From positions 1 to 64,000 of the forward strand of contig JAPEUG010000043.1 of assembly GCA_026025795.1 (NCBI GenBank): a stretch of 64,000 nt of DNA. The letters are read 5' to 3'. The DNA is from Thelocarpon superellum. Taxonomy: Eukaryota. Below are positions 1 to 12,413 of this stretch, piece after piece. The notes beneath the pieces are model-generated. The model ran no database searches and was not told the origin of the DNA. It was given only the letters and a program-made list of their open reading frames with translations. How positions within the stretch are numbered: position 1 is the first letter of the stretch; each line of letters opens with the position of its first letter. The translations under genes were made by a program, and so were the position numbers.

Positions 1-785
1 ATGGTCCGCGTCAAACACCGGTACCTGCTTGTGCATATCCTGAACCCCACCACCACGGTCACCAGCTGGACTGCAACACCAGATGATGCTCCCACCTCCT
101 CCACCAGCCGGACCCTTCCACCAACCGTGCAGTTTCACCCGCCCACTCCGCCCTTCCTGACTGCCTCTGTGCTCGCCACGGCCATCAGAGCGCAAGTGGC
201 TCTTTTATTCGGTGACCACGGCGCCGGCCTCACCGCCAGTAGCTTATCCGGTACCTCTGCCCACCTCTTCCTCCGTCCTGTCCGGTCCGGTGGCCCTCCC
301 ACGCGCGCACAGCTGACCGATGCACCGCACCTCTCTCAGTGAAATACCTCTCCCCGGCAACAGCAACGTTCATCGTCCGCGTCGCGCGCTCCCACTACCG
401 TCTCGTCTGGGCCGCGCTGTCCTTCTTCACGCGCTTGCCGGCGCCTCAGCCCGCCTCGGCCTCGGCCAAGTCCTCGTCTGCGGGGGTCGCGTGCGTCATG
501 CGCGTCGTGCGTGTGAGCGGGACCATTCGCAAGGCTGCCGAGGAGGCGGTGCGGCGTGCTAGAGATAGTATGGTGCGTGCGAGGGCGGGAGGCGGCCTGG
601 AGGCGGTGCTGGGCGCAGCTGAAGAAGGAGAAGATGAAGAGGAGGAGGAGGGAGACGAAGAAGAAGAAGGGGGAGAAAGTGGTCGGGGTAGGGACCGGGA
701 AGATCGTGGTAATGTTGCCACTGATGATAGAGCGGAGGACGAGCTCGTGCTTTCTGGGGCGAGTGACTCGGACATGACCGATTGA
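1..785 (+). CDS. POP5: RNase P/MRP subunit Pop5 (Rpp14/Pop5 family), 2 exons
   Basis: N-terminus MVRVKHRYLL; intron 251-339 (GTACCT..GCTGAC..CAG) joins SSLS/VKYLSPATATFIVRV; VVRVSGTIRKAAEEAVRRA motif; acidic tail. Confidence 0.9.
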
Positions 786-909
786 TTCTGGATCTGGTCT
801 TGCGGCGTTGTCATCATCATCATCTGCCAGCGTGGAGTTTGGCGTTGGCTTGATCCTACGCTTTTACTCGATACTTACTACGTGATACCCTGGTGGCGCG
901 ACTAATGCC

Positions 910-948
910 TGTCCCATCCCATCCTGTCCCATCCCACCCCGTCCCATC
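910..948. repeat. Degenerate (CCCAT/CCYGT) pentamer tandem repeat
   Basis: gtcccatcccatcctgtcccatcccaccccgtcccatc between the convergent POP5 and GPN2 stops. Confidence 0.6.
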
Positions 949-953
949 TCGAC

Positions 954-2233
954 TCATGATCTCCTCACGACGCTCACGCCGCTTGTTCCAGGCGGTGGCG
1001 CGGGGCCCAACCCGTCAAGATCATCATCCTCCCCGCCGTCCAGTCCGCTCTCCTCCTGCCGAGCTTTGATTGCCCTTGCCTCCTCCTCCAGCTCCCTCCG
1101 CTCCTTGTCATCATACTCATCCTTGGCGTCGATCCAGCGCTCCTGCACATCTCGAACATCCATCGTGGTCAGGCCCTCTCGCATGGCCACCTGCCACACG
1201 GTGTCGTTTGCGCCCTCGGCGGCGCCAAAGGCATAGCCGCCCGCGCGATCAATGGCCTGTAGGAGCTTCATCATGCTACGCTTGTCTTCGACGGCGAGAG
1301 TCTCGAAGCCCACCAGGGCGAACTCTTCCACCAGCTCTGCGATGGCTTCGTTGAGGCCCTCGAATTTGCTGTTCTTCAGAAAGGGGGACTCGGCCGCCAG
1401 GTGCGGCAGCAGGTAGTGCGGGTCTTGCACCTCCGTGTAGAAGTCGAGGTTGAATGCCAACGGGCCGTAGTTGGACAGGTTGTCGATCTTCGTGAGCACG
1501 TTCAAGTGCGGCAGGTCCATCTGCAGCATGGCTCGGAGGGAGAGCAAGAGGGTGGAAATGTACAGCGAGGGCAGGGTGAGGCAGTAGGAGTCGGTCAGGT
1601 GGAGGACCACGAGCTGGATGCGTATTTGTCAGTCCAGCGAGAGCATTTTCATCGTGACGGGGAGCAGGTGGGAGCACACTCGATACCCGGCTTTCTGGAG
1701 CCGTAGAAAAATATGTCGGAGGGAGGAGTGGTGCGTGAATAGCTCGACTTGTCCAGGGCAATCAAACAGAACGTAGTCCTCTGGGCCCGCGGTCAGCTGG
1801 GTCGACTGAGCACGGAGAGGTGGAGCAAATACCTCCAAGCTCCTTCAGCCCCTTCTCGAGCCATTCAAAGTTGTGTTCGAGCTCTTCCAGCGCGTAGAGG
1901 ACGCCTCCATTCGGGCCGAGCTCTTCATCTGCCATGATTTCGTCCAACGTCACCAGGTCGCGTACGTCGAGGGCACATGGGTAGGAGGTTTGGTCGTTTG
2001 CAGGATCGAGATTGACCACGGAGCATTTTCGTCCGATCGCTGACATGAATTGGTGCACTAGATTTTGGTGTGATCAGCCTTCGTGTCCTTGGGTGTAGCT
2101 GAAGTGGTTGCACACGTACTTCCATTGCAGTACGTGGACTTGCCCGAGCCAGGAGGGCCAATAATGAGCTGCGGTAGTCAGGATCTACTCCGCTGCACGA
2201 ATTACAGCCAGGACATACCTGTGCAAAAGGCAT
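954..2233 (-). CDS. GPN2: GPN-loop GTPase 2, multi-exon
   Basis: MPFAQ/LIIGPPGSGKSTYC P-loop, VVNLDPAND, LGPNGG (GPN loop), FDCPGQVELFTHH, MLQMDLPHLNVLTKID. Confidence 0.93.
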
Positions 2234-2457
2234 AGTGGGTCAGGAGAGATGTAGATTCTCACATGAGAGCGGCAAGGAGGGGCAAGGAGGGGCAAACATG
2301 CACAGATGGAATAAGCTCCGTCCACTGCCACATCCCTGCAACCTTCACCGGCCAAACCTTTCCGCGAAACGTCAACAAATCACAACGGCATCGCCGGCAG
2401 AGATCCCACCCACGATAGTTCCCGGATCCACCGGGGAGCCGGCCCTCAGTCGGCGAG

Positions 2458-3715
2458 ATGAGCGGTAAGCTTGCCCTGATCTTGTCGGAAACCCGCTCAC
2501 ACTCCCCAGCACAGTTCGAACTCGCCGAGGCGCCCAGCGACGCCATTTCGGCAGTTCAATTCGCACCGGGGAATTCGACACGACTCGTGGTCTCATCATG
2601 GGATAAAAATGTGTACCTATACGACACTCACGCCCAACCGGGAGGGAAGCTACTGCAGAAGTTCGAACATCGAGCCCCGGTGCTGGATATCTGCTTTGGC
2701 GCCAACGAGAACGAGGCCTTCAGTGGTGGCTTGGACTTGGACGTGCGGAGGTACATTTGCTCTTCGTCATCAACGGACAGCTCTCCTCTGACGAACCCTC
2801 TCGACAGGATCGATCTAGAGTCAGGCGAACAAATCGTCCTCAGCAGCCATGAAGCAGGTGTCAAAGCGGTGGTATACAGCAAAGAAACGGGTGCGAAGGC
2901 CTATCGTCTGCCATGTCCGTCCTCCAGACCAATGCTGACATGCCCAAGGAACGCTCATCTCGGCATCATGGGACAGCACGCTGCACATCCACCACATGAC
3001 CTCACCTACCAAAACCCCCTCGACCGTCCCTCTCCCCTCCAAGCCCTTCTCGCTCTCGCTCACGCCCACCAAGCTCGTCGTGGCCATGGCCTCGCGCCAG
3101 CTCCACATCTACGACCTAGCTACACTCACCACGCTGTCATCACAGTCCTCGCTCCCGCCGCCGAACACGCTCGAGGCCGAACCATGGCAACGGCGCGAAT
3201 CCAGCCTGAAATTCATGACGCGCGCCGTGGCGTGCATGCCCGACGACGCCGGGTACGCCAGCAGCAGCATCGAGGGGCGGGTGGCGGTGGAGTGGTTCGA
3301 CCCGAGCCCGGCCAGCCAGGCGCGCAAATACGCTTTCAAGTGCCATCGGCAGCCGCAGGCGGTGCAGCAGCGGCCGGGCCAGACGTCGTCCGACTCGCCC
3401 GCCGAGACCATCGACGTCGTCTACCCCGTCAACGCGCTCGCCTTCCACCCCGTGCACGGCACGTTCGCGTCGGGCGGAGGCGACGGGGTCGTGGCGCTGT
3501 GGGACGGCACCGCCAAGCGCCGCATCCGCCAGTACCAGCGCTACGCGGCCAGCATCGCCGCGCTGGCCTTTTCGGCAGATGGAAAGTACCTCGCTGTCGC
3601 GAGCAGTCCGGGGTTCGAGGACGGGATGGAGGATCTGGACGCGCAGAGTGGAGCGGTCAGGGTGTTTGTGAGGGAGCTGAACGAGGGGGAGGCGAAAGGA
3701 AAGGGAGCGAAGTAG
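2458..3715 (+). CDS. BUB3: Spindle-checkpoint WD40 protein Bub3, multi-exon
   Basis: LVVSSWDKNVYLYD, RRESSLKFMTRAVACMP, SSIEGRVAVEWFD, YAFKCHR, VYPVNALAFHPVHGTFASGGGDG. Confidence 0.92.
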
Positions 3716-3995
3716 GGGGTGGGGAAGGGGTGTATCTAGATCAAGTCTTGTCCACATCCACTCTGCCATTGGTCTGCGTGAGACGTACTGTACATTTCTC
3801 ATCTAACCACGTAGCGAGCCAGGCGGGCTCACGGAATGCACGGATCGCTCATCACGCCAGGAGGTGGGAAGGGAAAAGCACGCGGGAGGAAGACAGGGGG
3901 GAATGGCTTGCGCGACGACAACAAGCGCGGATATCAAAGTGCAGGTGCACGGAGAATCGACAAGACGAGGCAGGGATGTAAAGGCGGATAGGTAA

Positions 3996-5658
3996 TTACA
4001 GCACCAGGATCGAGCCAAAGAGCACAGAACCGGTAGCGATCAGGACAGCGCGCAAGAGACCTGCGCCTGCGCTTGCGCCATCGCGCGTCGACATCCTCAA
4101 GCTGCTCCCTGCGTTCTTCTTCGCCGTGGGCGAAGGGCTGGCGGTCGACTGGGTGCCGGTGGTGGCGTTGGGATTGGGCGAGTTGCTCTCGTCGTCGGGC
4201 AGGAGGCGGATATGTAGGCCGGTCAGCACGTTGCCCTTGCTGTCCTCGACCTGCTGCGTGACGTTCGTGTTGGTCACGGGGACCAGCTTGCCCTGGTGGG
4301 GATTGTCGAGGCCGTTGTTGATCAGATCCTGCCCGCCGGATGGCACGGCCGGGATGTCGAAGCTCGAGTTGAAGCCCGGGGCGGTGATCAGCGACGCGTC
4401 GCATGACGGCACCGACGGCTTCGTGGACGAGGGCGGGGTGGATTGGAGCAACGTCAGGTTCAGCTTGGCGTATTGCGTCTGGAGGTCGTCGTAGTCGGTT
4501 CGCAACTGCGCCGACCCGTTGCTGCTGACGTTCACCAGGCCGTAGTTGGACACATCTTCCGTGTACTGATACACCAGGCCGCCGCTCATGACCGGCGTCA
4601 CCTGCGTGCCATAGAGCGCCTGCACCTCGTCAAAGGTCCGGGGCACGACGGCGTTGCACCCGTACTCGGAGAAGAAGACGGGGATGGAGGTGTTGCTAAA
4701 GTCAGAGATCAAGGTCGAGTAGCCCGAGCTCTGGTACGTCGCCGTCGGTCCACACCATGAGTAGGAGTTCAGCGCAAAGAAGTCCGCCCGCGAGGCGTCG
4801 CTGGAACTGCCGTCAATGGCACATTGGAGATACTCCCACGTGCTGGTTCGGAGCGACTCCACGTCCGCGGCGGAATAGCCCACGGGGATAGTGCGGTTGG
4901 CGTGCTTCGCAATGTAGTTCTTCAGGTCGCGTTGGACCGCCTGGTCGCGGGTCAGCCGTGGCTGGGCGCTGGGCGCTGGGTGCCGGACCACACCACTTAC
5001 CCGCAGATACGGTGGCACCACCTGGCTACTCGGCTTGTCGTTGATGACCTCGTTGCCGGCGAAGAAGGCCAGCGTGTTCGGGTAGCCTTTGAAGGCCTCG
5101 ACCACGCCAAAGATTCGCTTGAGATAATCCGACGTATAGGTCGAGCCAGGGTCGCCGCGATTGAGACTCTCGCCGCCCAGGGGGGAGTTGACGTCTAGCA
5201 ACATGTAGATGCCCACACCATTGAAGATGCTGGCGCACAGGTCGTGGTTGATGCTCGGGTCCAGGTTGTAGACGCGGATGGCATTGACCCCGAGCGTTTG
5301 CAGCAGCGCTGCGTCACGCAAGCACGCATCGCCATCGGAGAGAGGATCATTGCCCGGGCTGTAGGCCGATTGTCCGCCAGGTTGGTAGCTGCATCACATC
5401 AGCACTTTGCCTTGCTCGCCCGGGAGAAGCACTAACGCAACGCCCACGATCTGAAGCCGGTCGCCCGTCGACGGATTGACAAAGTCCGAACCCTCGACCT
5501 TGACTGTCGGGACTGCGAGCGTGACCGTGCTCAGCAAGGACAATGAAACGTAATAGGGCTATACGCGGCAACATTGGTGGTTAGTGCCGCCAAAGGCGGC
5601 GGTGGTAATACTACGAGGGGTCATGCGTGCCTCAGCGTACCAGCCAGGACGCGAACAT
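3996..5658 (-). CDS. GPI-anchored beta-1,3-glucanosyltransferase, GH72 (GEL/GAS type, no CBM43 seen)
   Basis: Spliced signal peptide MFASWL/PYYVSLSLLSTVTLA; LGVNAIRVY, FFAGNEVIND, IPVGYSAAD, PVFFSEYGCN; Ser/Thr-rich linker and hydrophobic C-terminal GPI signal. Confidence 0.93.
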
Positions 5659-6001
5659 CGCGTCGCGCTTCCTCGAATGATGCCAAGCGGCGGGGGGAGG
5701 AAAGGAGCGGTAGGTGGTCTTGACACCAAAAGCTTGATCCGGAGCGGACCCAAAGAGCGTCAGAGAATGGAAGAGGGAGTGGAAAACGAAAGACTGGTAG
5801 CTGCGCACGTCCGAGGATTGATGTTTGGTGTTGCGCGATGCAACCGCGGCGCATCACCCGCCCGGACGTTTTGCAGGGCCGAGTTTAATTGGCAACTCGC
5901 TACGGTCGAGATGATTTCCACCCGTTCGCCTGTCTGCACAGCGTGACAGCTGCACATCCCACGTCTCGCTAATAGTTCGGCGACGCGGGACGGAAGCAAT
6001 A

Positions 6002-6058
6002 GCCGGGGCCAGGGCCGGGGCCGGGGCCGGGGCCGGGGGCCGGAGCTGGGGAGCCGGG
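6002..6058. repeat. (GGGGCC)n-type hexamer tract, G-quadruplex potential
   Basis: gccggggccagggccggggccggggccggggccgggggccgg...; next to an AT-rich TATA-like atatattta at 6059-6068. Confidence 0.8.
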
Positions 6059-6128
6059 ATATATTTAGGCTGTAGGAATCAGAGCTGAATTGCTAATCTG
6101 CGCGTAGTCGGGATAGTAATAGGATTGG

Positions 6129-6149
6129 GCACGTGACTAGGTCACGTGC
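6129..6149. promoter_or_regulatory. Palindromic double E-box GCACGTGAC-TAG-GTCACGTGC
   Basis: Perfect 9-bp inverted repeat holding two CACGTG cores that match the bHLH/Cbf1-type RTCACGTG; upstream of the GH72 gene. Confidence 0.5.
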
Positions 6150-6380
6150 GCGCTCCTACAAGGCCCATATGAGAGTACGGTGTCCTCCGTCCATGGTGTG
6201 GGGCTCCCCCAATCGTAATCCTCACTCCTCTTTCACCATTCTTCACATTGACTGGGTATCTTGTTGCACTACAAGTACCGATGTCTCAGTCTATGCCTGT
6301 GCATTGCAACTCTAGGTGACGAAAGATCTTCAACGCCTGAGGCAACTCGATATCCTGACCCAGACGCCGTGGTCCACGCA

Positions 6381-8107
6381 TCACTCCATCTCAATTGTCC
6401 CCGGTGGCTTGCTCGTGACTGGAGAGGGTCAGGATCGAGATGTATTTTGTCGCGCTTCTGGGACTCACCATCATACACCACCCGGCACACGCCATTGACC
6501 TCGTTGACGATCCGAGTACTGACCCGCTTGAGGAAGTGTCCGTCAAATGGGAACCAGTCGGCCGTCATAAAGTCCGTCGTCTCAACCGCACGCAGCGCAA
6601 TCACCTGTTCGTGCACGCGTTTATCGCCCATCACCCCCACCGCCTTCACGGGGAGTAGAGCGGCAAAGGCCTGGCTGATCTGCCGGTACAGGCCCGCCGC
6701 ACGGATCTCCTCAAGAAAGATGTGGTCAGCTTGACGTGCGATCCGCACTTGTTCCGGCGTGACCTCTCCCAGGATGCGGACGGCAAGGCCGGGGCCCGGG
6801 AAGGGATGTCGCCAGACCAGGTCTTCGGCGATGCCCAACGTCGTTCCCAGCGCCCGCACCTCGTCTTTGAAGAGTTCCCGCAGCGGTTCAATCAACTTCA
6901 GATGCATCCCCTTCAAGAGCCCACCCACGTTATGATGCGTCTTGATCGTCGCGCTGGGCCCCTTGAAGGAAATGCTCTCAATCACGTCGGGGTACAGAGT
7001 ACCCTGCAACAGCCACTCGATCTCTCCTTCTCGCGCTGACCCCGCCGCCGCGGCTGTCATCTGCTTGGCCGTCTCTTGAAAGACTTCGACGAAAGTGTTC
7101 CCAATGATCTTACGCTTCGTCTCGGGATCGGAGACGCCTCGCAGCAGGCCCAAAAACCGGGCGCTGGCGTCGACCACGGTCAAGTTGATTCCCAGGTGCT
7201 TCGTCAGCCTCTCGTGCACTGTCTGGGCTTCGTTCAGTCGCAAGACACCATTGTCAACGAGCACGGCGTGGAACCGATCGCCGATGGCTTCCTGCATGAG
7301 TTTGGCCGCCACGGTCGAGTCGACACCGCCGCTGACGGCACCGATGACCTGTCCCTTTCCTCCGACCAGGGCGCGGATCCGCGCGAGCTCCTGGTCGACG
7401 AACTTCCCCATGGTCCAGTCCTGTCGGGCGCGACAGATCTCCACGGCAAAGTTCCGGAGCAACTCCGTCCCCCGCGGGGTGTGCGTGACCTCTGGATGAA
7501 ACTGGATACCGTAGAGGGAGCGCGTGTCATGAGCGATGCCGGCAAAGGGGGCATTCGCCGTCGTCGCAATGGTATGGAACGAGGGAGGCAATTGAGCGAG
7601 CTTGTCACCATGCGACATCCACACCTGAATATCGCTCTCCAAGCCGTGGAAGAGCCGATCCACATGGCTGTCGGCGCCATGTCGCTCCACCTTGATGGTC
7701 GCCTGACCGTACTCGCGCTTCTCGCCCGCCAGCACATTGCGGCCGTGATGCCAGGCAATTTCTTGCAATCCGTAGCAGATGCCGAGCACCGGCACATCCA
7801 TCTCAAAGAAGGCGGGGTCGACGTGGGGCGCACCCTCCTCGTACACGGAGTAGGGCCCGCCCGACAGGATCACGCCTTTCGGGGTCCAGCCGAGGTCGGC
7901 CACTTTCTGGGTACACGGGAGCATTTCCGAGTAGACATTGAGCTCGCGCAGGCGGCGCGTGATGAGGTGAGAGTACTGCGAGCTGCGCGAGTGTTAGTCG
8001 CGCCACCTCCCACGAAGTGAGGGGACAGGAGCCCACCCAAAGTCGAGCACCAAAATGGTGTCAAAGGTCTTGGCCGGGGCCTCCATCAACTCAGGAGCTG
8101 CCCCCAT
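6381..8107 (-). CDS. GUA1: GMP synthase (glutamine-hydrolysing), 3 exons
   Basis: ILVLDFG/SQYSHLI (intron 7983-8036), [37 protein letters not shown]; last intron 6419-6468 restores [16 protein letters not shown]. Confidence 0.97.
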
Positions 8108-8856
8108 GATCAATCTGCCCCGCGTGGGCAATCGCGAATCGCGAAAATGGAGTTGCGCAGCGTCAGATAATCTGCAAAGGTTTTCGTGGGCTTCCTCTTC
8201 GATCAATCACCTGAAGGTGGTTCTAACGACGCCAGAGAAGGGCCGTGGTGGGGCAGGGCAGGGAGCGCGCCGGAAAAGTGTCAACGCGCGACGCCCTGGA
8301 CTTAGACCCATTCCAGCGCGAAGGGCTCTCGACTGTCGAGCGACTTGGCTGACTCATCGCGCTCCAACATGCAAAGTGGGCCTGAAACGCAGAGACTATC
8401 CTCGTAGCTGTACCTTACATGAGGTCATCCTCAACGTTTCCTTTCCCACAATCTCGAATCTCAGAACCCTCCAAGATGTCAAGGATGCCTTTGTATCGCG
8501 AACGCTGCTGGAGCGCAGCACTCCAAGAATGTGCGTGTGCTTGCAAAATCATCGCGAATGCACCAAGGCAGGGACAGTGGCATGGTCGGGGATAGGTATA
8601 CTTCGCACCCGCGGGGCAATGCAACGCGGTTCGACGGATCAGGAATCGGGATGAATCCAGTCTGAACTACGACGTGATGCATCGTCGTCAAAGCAGGTCC
8701 GGTGGGGGACACAAAGGCGAGTCGAGATTGGCTGTAAGATGCGGCCAAGCACGACCGCCAAGCCGCCCAATCTCACCCGGATTCATGCGCCGGGGCTCGA
8801 GCACGTACCAGAGCGTTTCACGGTCGTCGGAGAGATTTCAGTCACGAAAGTTACGG

Positions 8857-8887
8857 TCGACACTCGACACTCGACACTCGACACTCG
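8857..8887. repeat. (TCGACAC)x4.5 heptamer tandem repeat
   Basis: tcgacac tcgacac tcgacac tcgacac tcg. Confidence 0.85.
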
Positions 8888-9577
8888 GTCCTCGACACAC
8901 GGGATACGGGGCAGTCAGAAACAGCTTCCATGTACATGCAAGCTCATCACGATGTATCCACAGATCCAATAGTCACCGCCAGATGCCCCTCCCGACATGG
9001 CAAGCTGCCCGTTGCGCGAAACAAACCCCATGCGGTCCCACAGGATATCGTAGCGTCCACCATGCCCCGATCCACCAGGACCCAACAGCGAGAACAACAC
9101 CACACCGAATGACGCTCCGCCAGATCGCTCGCCCAACCCTTCGAGTAACGATGAATCCGACACCGCTCTCATCTAATGAGACGTACCCTGCGAACCGTGA
9201 CCCGAACATGAGATGTATATGGCCAAGGATCAAGAGAAACATGCCACGAGACCAACCGGCGAAGATGTTGTTCGTGAATGAAAAGGACCCGAGAAGACAT
9301 GGCTGAAAATCTCGACATGGACGCTCCCGTTTGTTTCTCCACATTCGTCTTCCAGAACACCGGAGATGGCGCACACACAAAGACCCACGTAGACACACAC
9401 ACAAATAGCTCTAATGCGTAATGCCACCCATGTGACCGGTTTGTAAGATCCTTTTGGTGTAGACGTTAAACGATGATGGGACAGCCACCCCAGGGAGCCG
9501 GGGGGGGTGTAAAGGATGTACGGCGAAGTTCAGATGAAAGCTGGTCGGAAGTGGCGTAAGGTCGGCGACGAGGCCGA

Positions 9578-10229
9578 TCACCAGTGTCGACCCATCGTCT
9601 GAGGAAGCCGGGCAGGCGAGACGGACAGCGGCGGGCTGGCCACCCGCATGCCCGTGCTAGGGTTGACGATCGGGATGGCGTTCCGCGTCCTGACGGCCGT
9701 CGGCTGGTCCATCTTCAAGGACGAGGTATGGAAAGAGGGTGGCAGATAGGCGCTAGAGGCAGACGTAAGGGAGAAACTCGGCGTGACCTGCTGCGAAGGC
9801 TGGATTTGCTGTTGCATGGGCGAGGCTTCGGGCGAGCCGCTCGACAGCGACGACCGGTCTGAGGACGAGGAGTGGATCGAATGCAACTGCGGTTCCGCAA
9901 GTCAGCTTTCCATCGTCCCTCGTCTGATACCGACCGTGCAAGGCTCGCCAGGCTGTACTGACGTCGTCATCCGTCAGAAGTCCAGGGCAAAATTCCAAAT
10001 CGTCGTCGAGATCAAAGGACCGTCCGGCCTCGAAGCGAGCCCGGAAAGCGGTCACGGAGGGCGCCTCGGCAAGCTCTTTCATGCTCCGCACGCCCCGAAA
10101 GGGTTTGTGCGAATGATGGGCCGAAGAGAGCCTGGGAGCTCGCCGCGACCGGCCACCAGGGTGGTTATGTGACGACGGGCCATGAAGACTCATGCCAGGT
10201 GGATGGTGACCGCCATAGTAAAGGGCCAT
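9578..10229 (-). CDS. Conserved fungal protein of unknown function (DUF4452-like), 2 exons
   Basis: KPFRGVRSMKEL, FEAGRSFDLDDDLEFCPGLL, SDRSSLSSGSP, RNAIPIVNPSTG; intron 9887-9962 (GTCAGT..CTGAC..CAG). The family name is from memory. Confidence 0.75.
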
Positions 10230-12384
10230 GATAAGTCAGATATGTTATCGTGAAGAAGAGGCTGATGATGGCCAGCGGTTGACGGGGCTGGCGGTGGTTG
10301 GAAGGGAAATAGCGGTATGGCGCTGGGCAGCTCGTTTCCGACCGTGAGACAGCACCACTCTATGTAATTCTAGATAGCAATAGATGTCACGGGCCAGGCC
10401 GAAGACACAAGACGCCGGAGGTAGATGGAATTAGAGTGGATTGAGATGAAGATGTGATGCGGTCTGCAAGGAGGGGAGGGGTTGGAACGAGATCGAGGTC
10501 GGGGCGATGAGGGAAATGTGGGTGCATTCGACGAGGCTGCGGACGGAACTGAGTGGAAGGCGGGGGGCACCTCACCTGACAATAATAGGAAGGGGCGGTC
10601 GGGCTAGTGCCGACCGTCGCCCAATCATGATCGGTTGGGGTTGGAAGCGAGTGGCAAATACAGACTAGCACCACTTTCAGCCTAGGCGGGTCGTTTCGTG
10701 AAGCGCACCTCAAAGGAAGGGCAGATACCGATGCCGGCCGCATTACACGACGGCGTACCGAGCTCGGCGTCGGTCTCCCATCCTGCGTACTGGTACATGC
10801 CGTCTGGCCGGCGACCCATCAATGGTACACCTCTCGGTCAAGGTCGACGACGTTGACCCATGCGGGGGAATGGCTTTCGTCCGACCTCAGCGTCGAGCTT
10901 TCCATCATGATGATCACATCTCGCGGTGTTCCGTGGTCGTGCCGATCCTTCCCACACAACAGCTCGAGCTCTACGCCGGGCGAGAGCCGAGGGTCGGGAT
11001 GGGCCCGGTTCTGGTGGTGGAGTGGACAAGTTGGAGCGCTCCTACCATGATGGTCGATTCGGGCACCCGTACGTGTACCCGTACGAGTTCCCGTGCGCGC
11101 GCCTGTCGCCTCGTACTACGACAGGTCCCCCCTTGTGCTAAGGCAGGGTCGCAGTGTCTCGAGTGATGTTGCCATGGCGCAATACTAGCGCAATCGAGCG
11201 TGGCAGAGACCAATAGCGAGCGGCGGTGCCTGGCTGTCGCTGGCTGACACTGCCCACTCGTTCCCCGCCACGACGGCCTGCTTGGTCTGCCTCGGACCAG
11301 GGCCAACGATGCCATTCGTCGCTTGCGCCGCGAAACACCGCGCCTGGCCCTGAATTAGATCTGGCCATGCGGCCCGTGAAATGATGCCGACGATCTTCCC
11401 CGACCCCGTACTGGGTGTGACTTGCAGCACTTTTCCTCTAGGAGTGCATGCTCATGCCATGGCCATGCCATTCTGCATTCCTTATCGCGCGTGATCATGG
11501 GCCCGTGGACGGCACGCACGGTCCTGTCTTGGACGTCAACAGGATGCTGGGCCCCGTCAGAAGTGCGGGCGCCCGTCCATCCTCTTTGATGACGATGACG
11601 GTGCGCCCGCCAGCACGACCCCTGAGTGGGCCGAGTACGAGCTCTCATACCATACTACTATCCTAGTAGGAGTACTATGGTACACTTTCTGGGGCATTGG
11701 GTATGGCCGTCCTACTACTCGCGTGTGGGGAGCCGAGGAACGATCGTTTGTACCTGCAGCGCCCGTACGGAGAAATACGGCAAGAACGCCACGAGAGCCA
11801 GGCTCCGGCGTCGCCAGACGGATTAGACTTTGTAGCTTCACCCAGCATAGGCGCAGATAGGCGCAGCACTCGACAAGACCCCCTGGATGCCAGCATGGCT
11901 GAGACCGTGGACCTTGGGGAGCGACAAAGCAGATCCACTGTAGATTTCTTCGCTCGACATTTGGCTCGCGCGCCGGCGTGTCGAGTGCGTGTGAAGCTGC
12001 GCGGCGGTCGGCGGAGGTCCGCGCCAGCTTCGACGTCATGCCGTGGTCTCCGTGATTGACTCGGCCTACAGCACCAAGTATTTCGCCTGTTCTTCCCCCT
12101 ACCTCTCGCTCGTGCAACCGAGGGATGGTGACCTGAAGTCCGCGTGCCTTACCATACAGTTAAGCTTCGGTCGCAGCTCAACAACATATCGTACGCCGAC
12201 GACCTACTCATACGAAGCATGGTGCGGTCTTCGTCTGACGGCAACCTGGCCTCCATTTTCACCAGCAGCATGGCCCTAGATTGCACCCCCAGGTCCGGCA
12301 GCGGCCTGGGCTGGCAAGACACTGACAGTAGTACTATTCCCCTAGTAGAGTGGTGTCTTCTCCCTACGTATCGTTAGAATTTTG

Positions 12385-12413
12385 CCAATATACCAATATA
12401 CCAATATACCAAT
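12385..12413. repeat. (CCAATATA)n repeat = four CCAAT boxes at 8-bp spacing in an AT-rich island
   Basis: CCAAT at 12385, 12393, 12401, 12409 followed by gattaataatattttaataaaacatt. Confidence 0.75.

Noticed and set aside
6269..6380. Apparent C-terminal extension of GUA1 in the ORF track (likewise ProRS 62523-62574 and dynein 55124-55156)
   Set aside because: Read-through of terminal introns; splicing restores the conserved ends
8055..9427. ORFs of about 200 aa upstream of GUA1
   Set aside because: Arg/Ser/Pro-rich random-looking translations crossing a tandem repeat; likely promoter or UTR sequence
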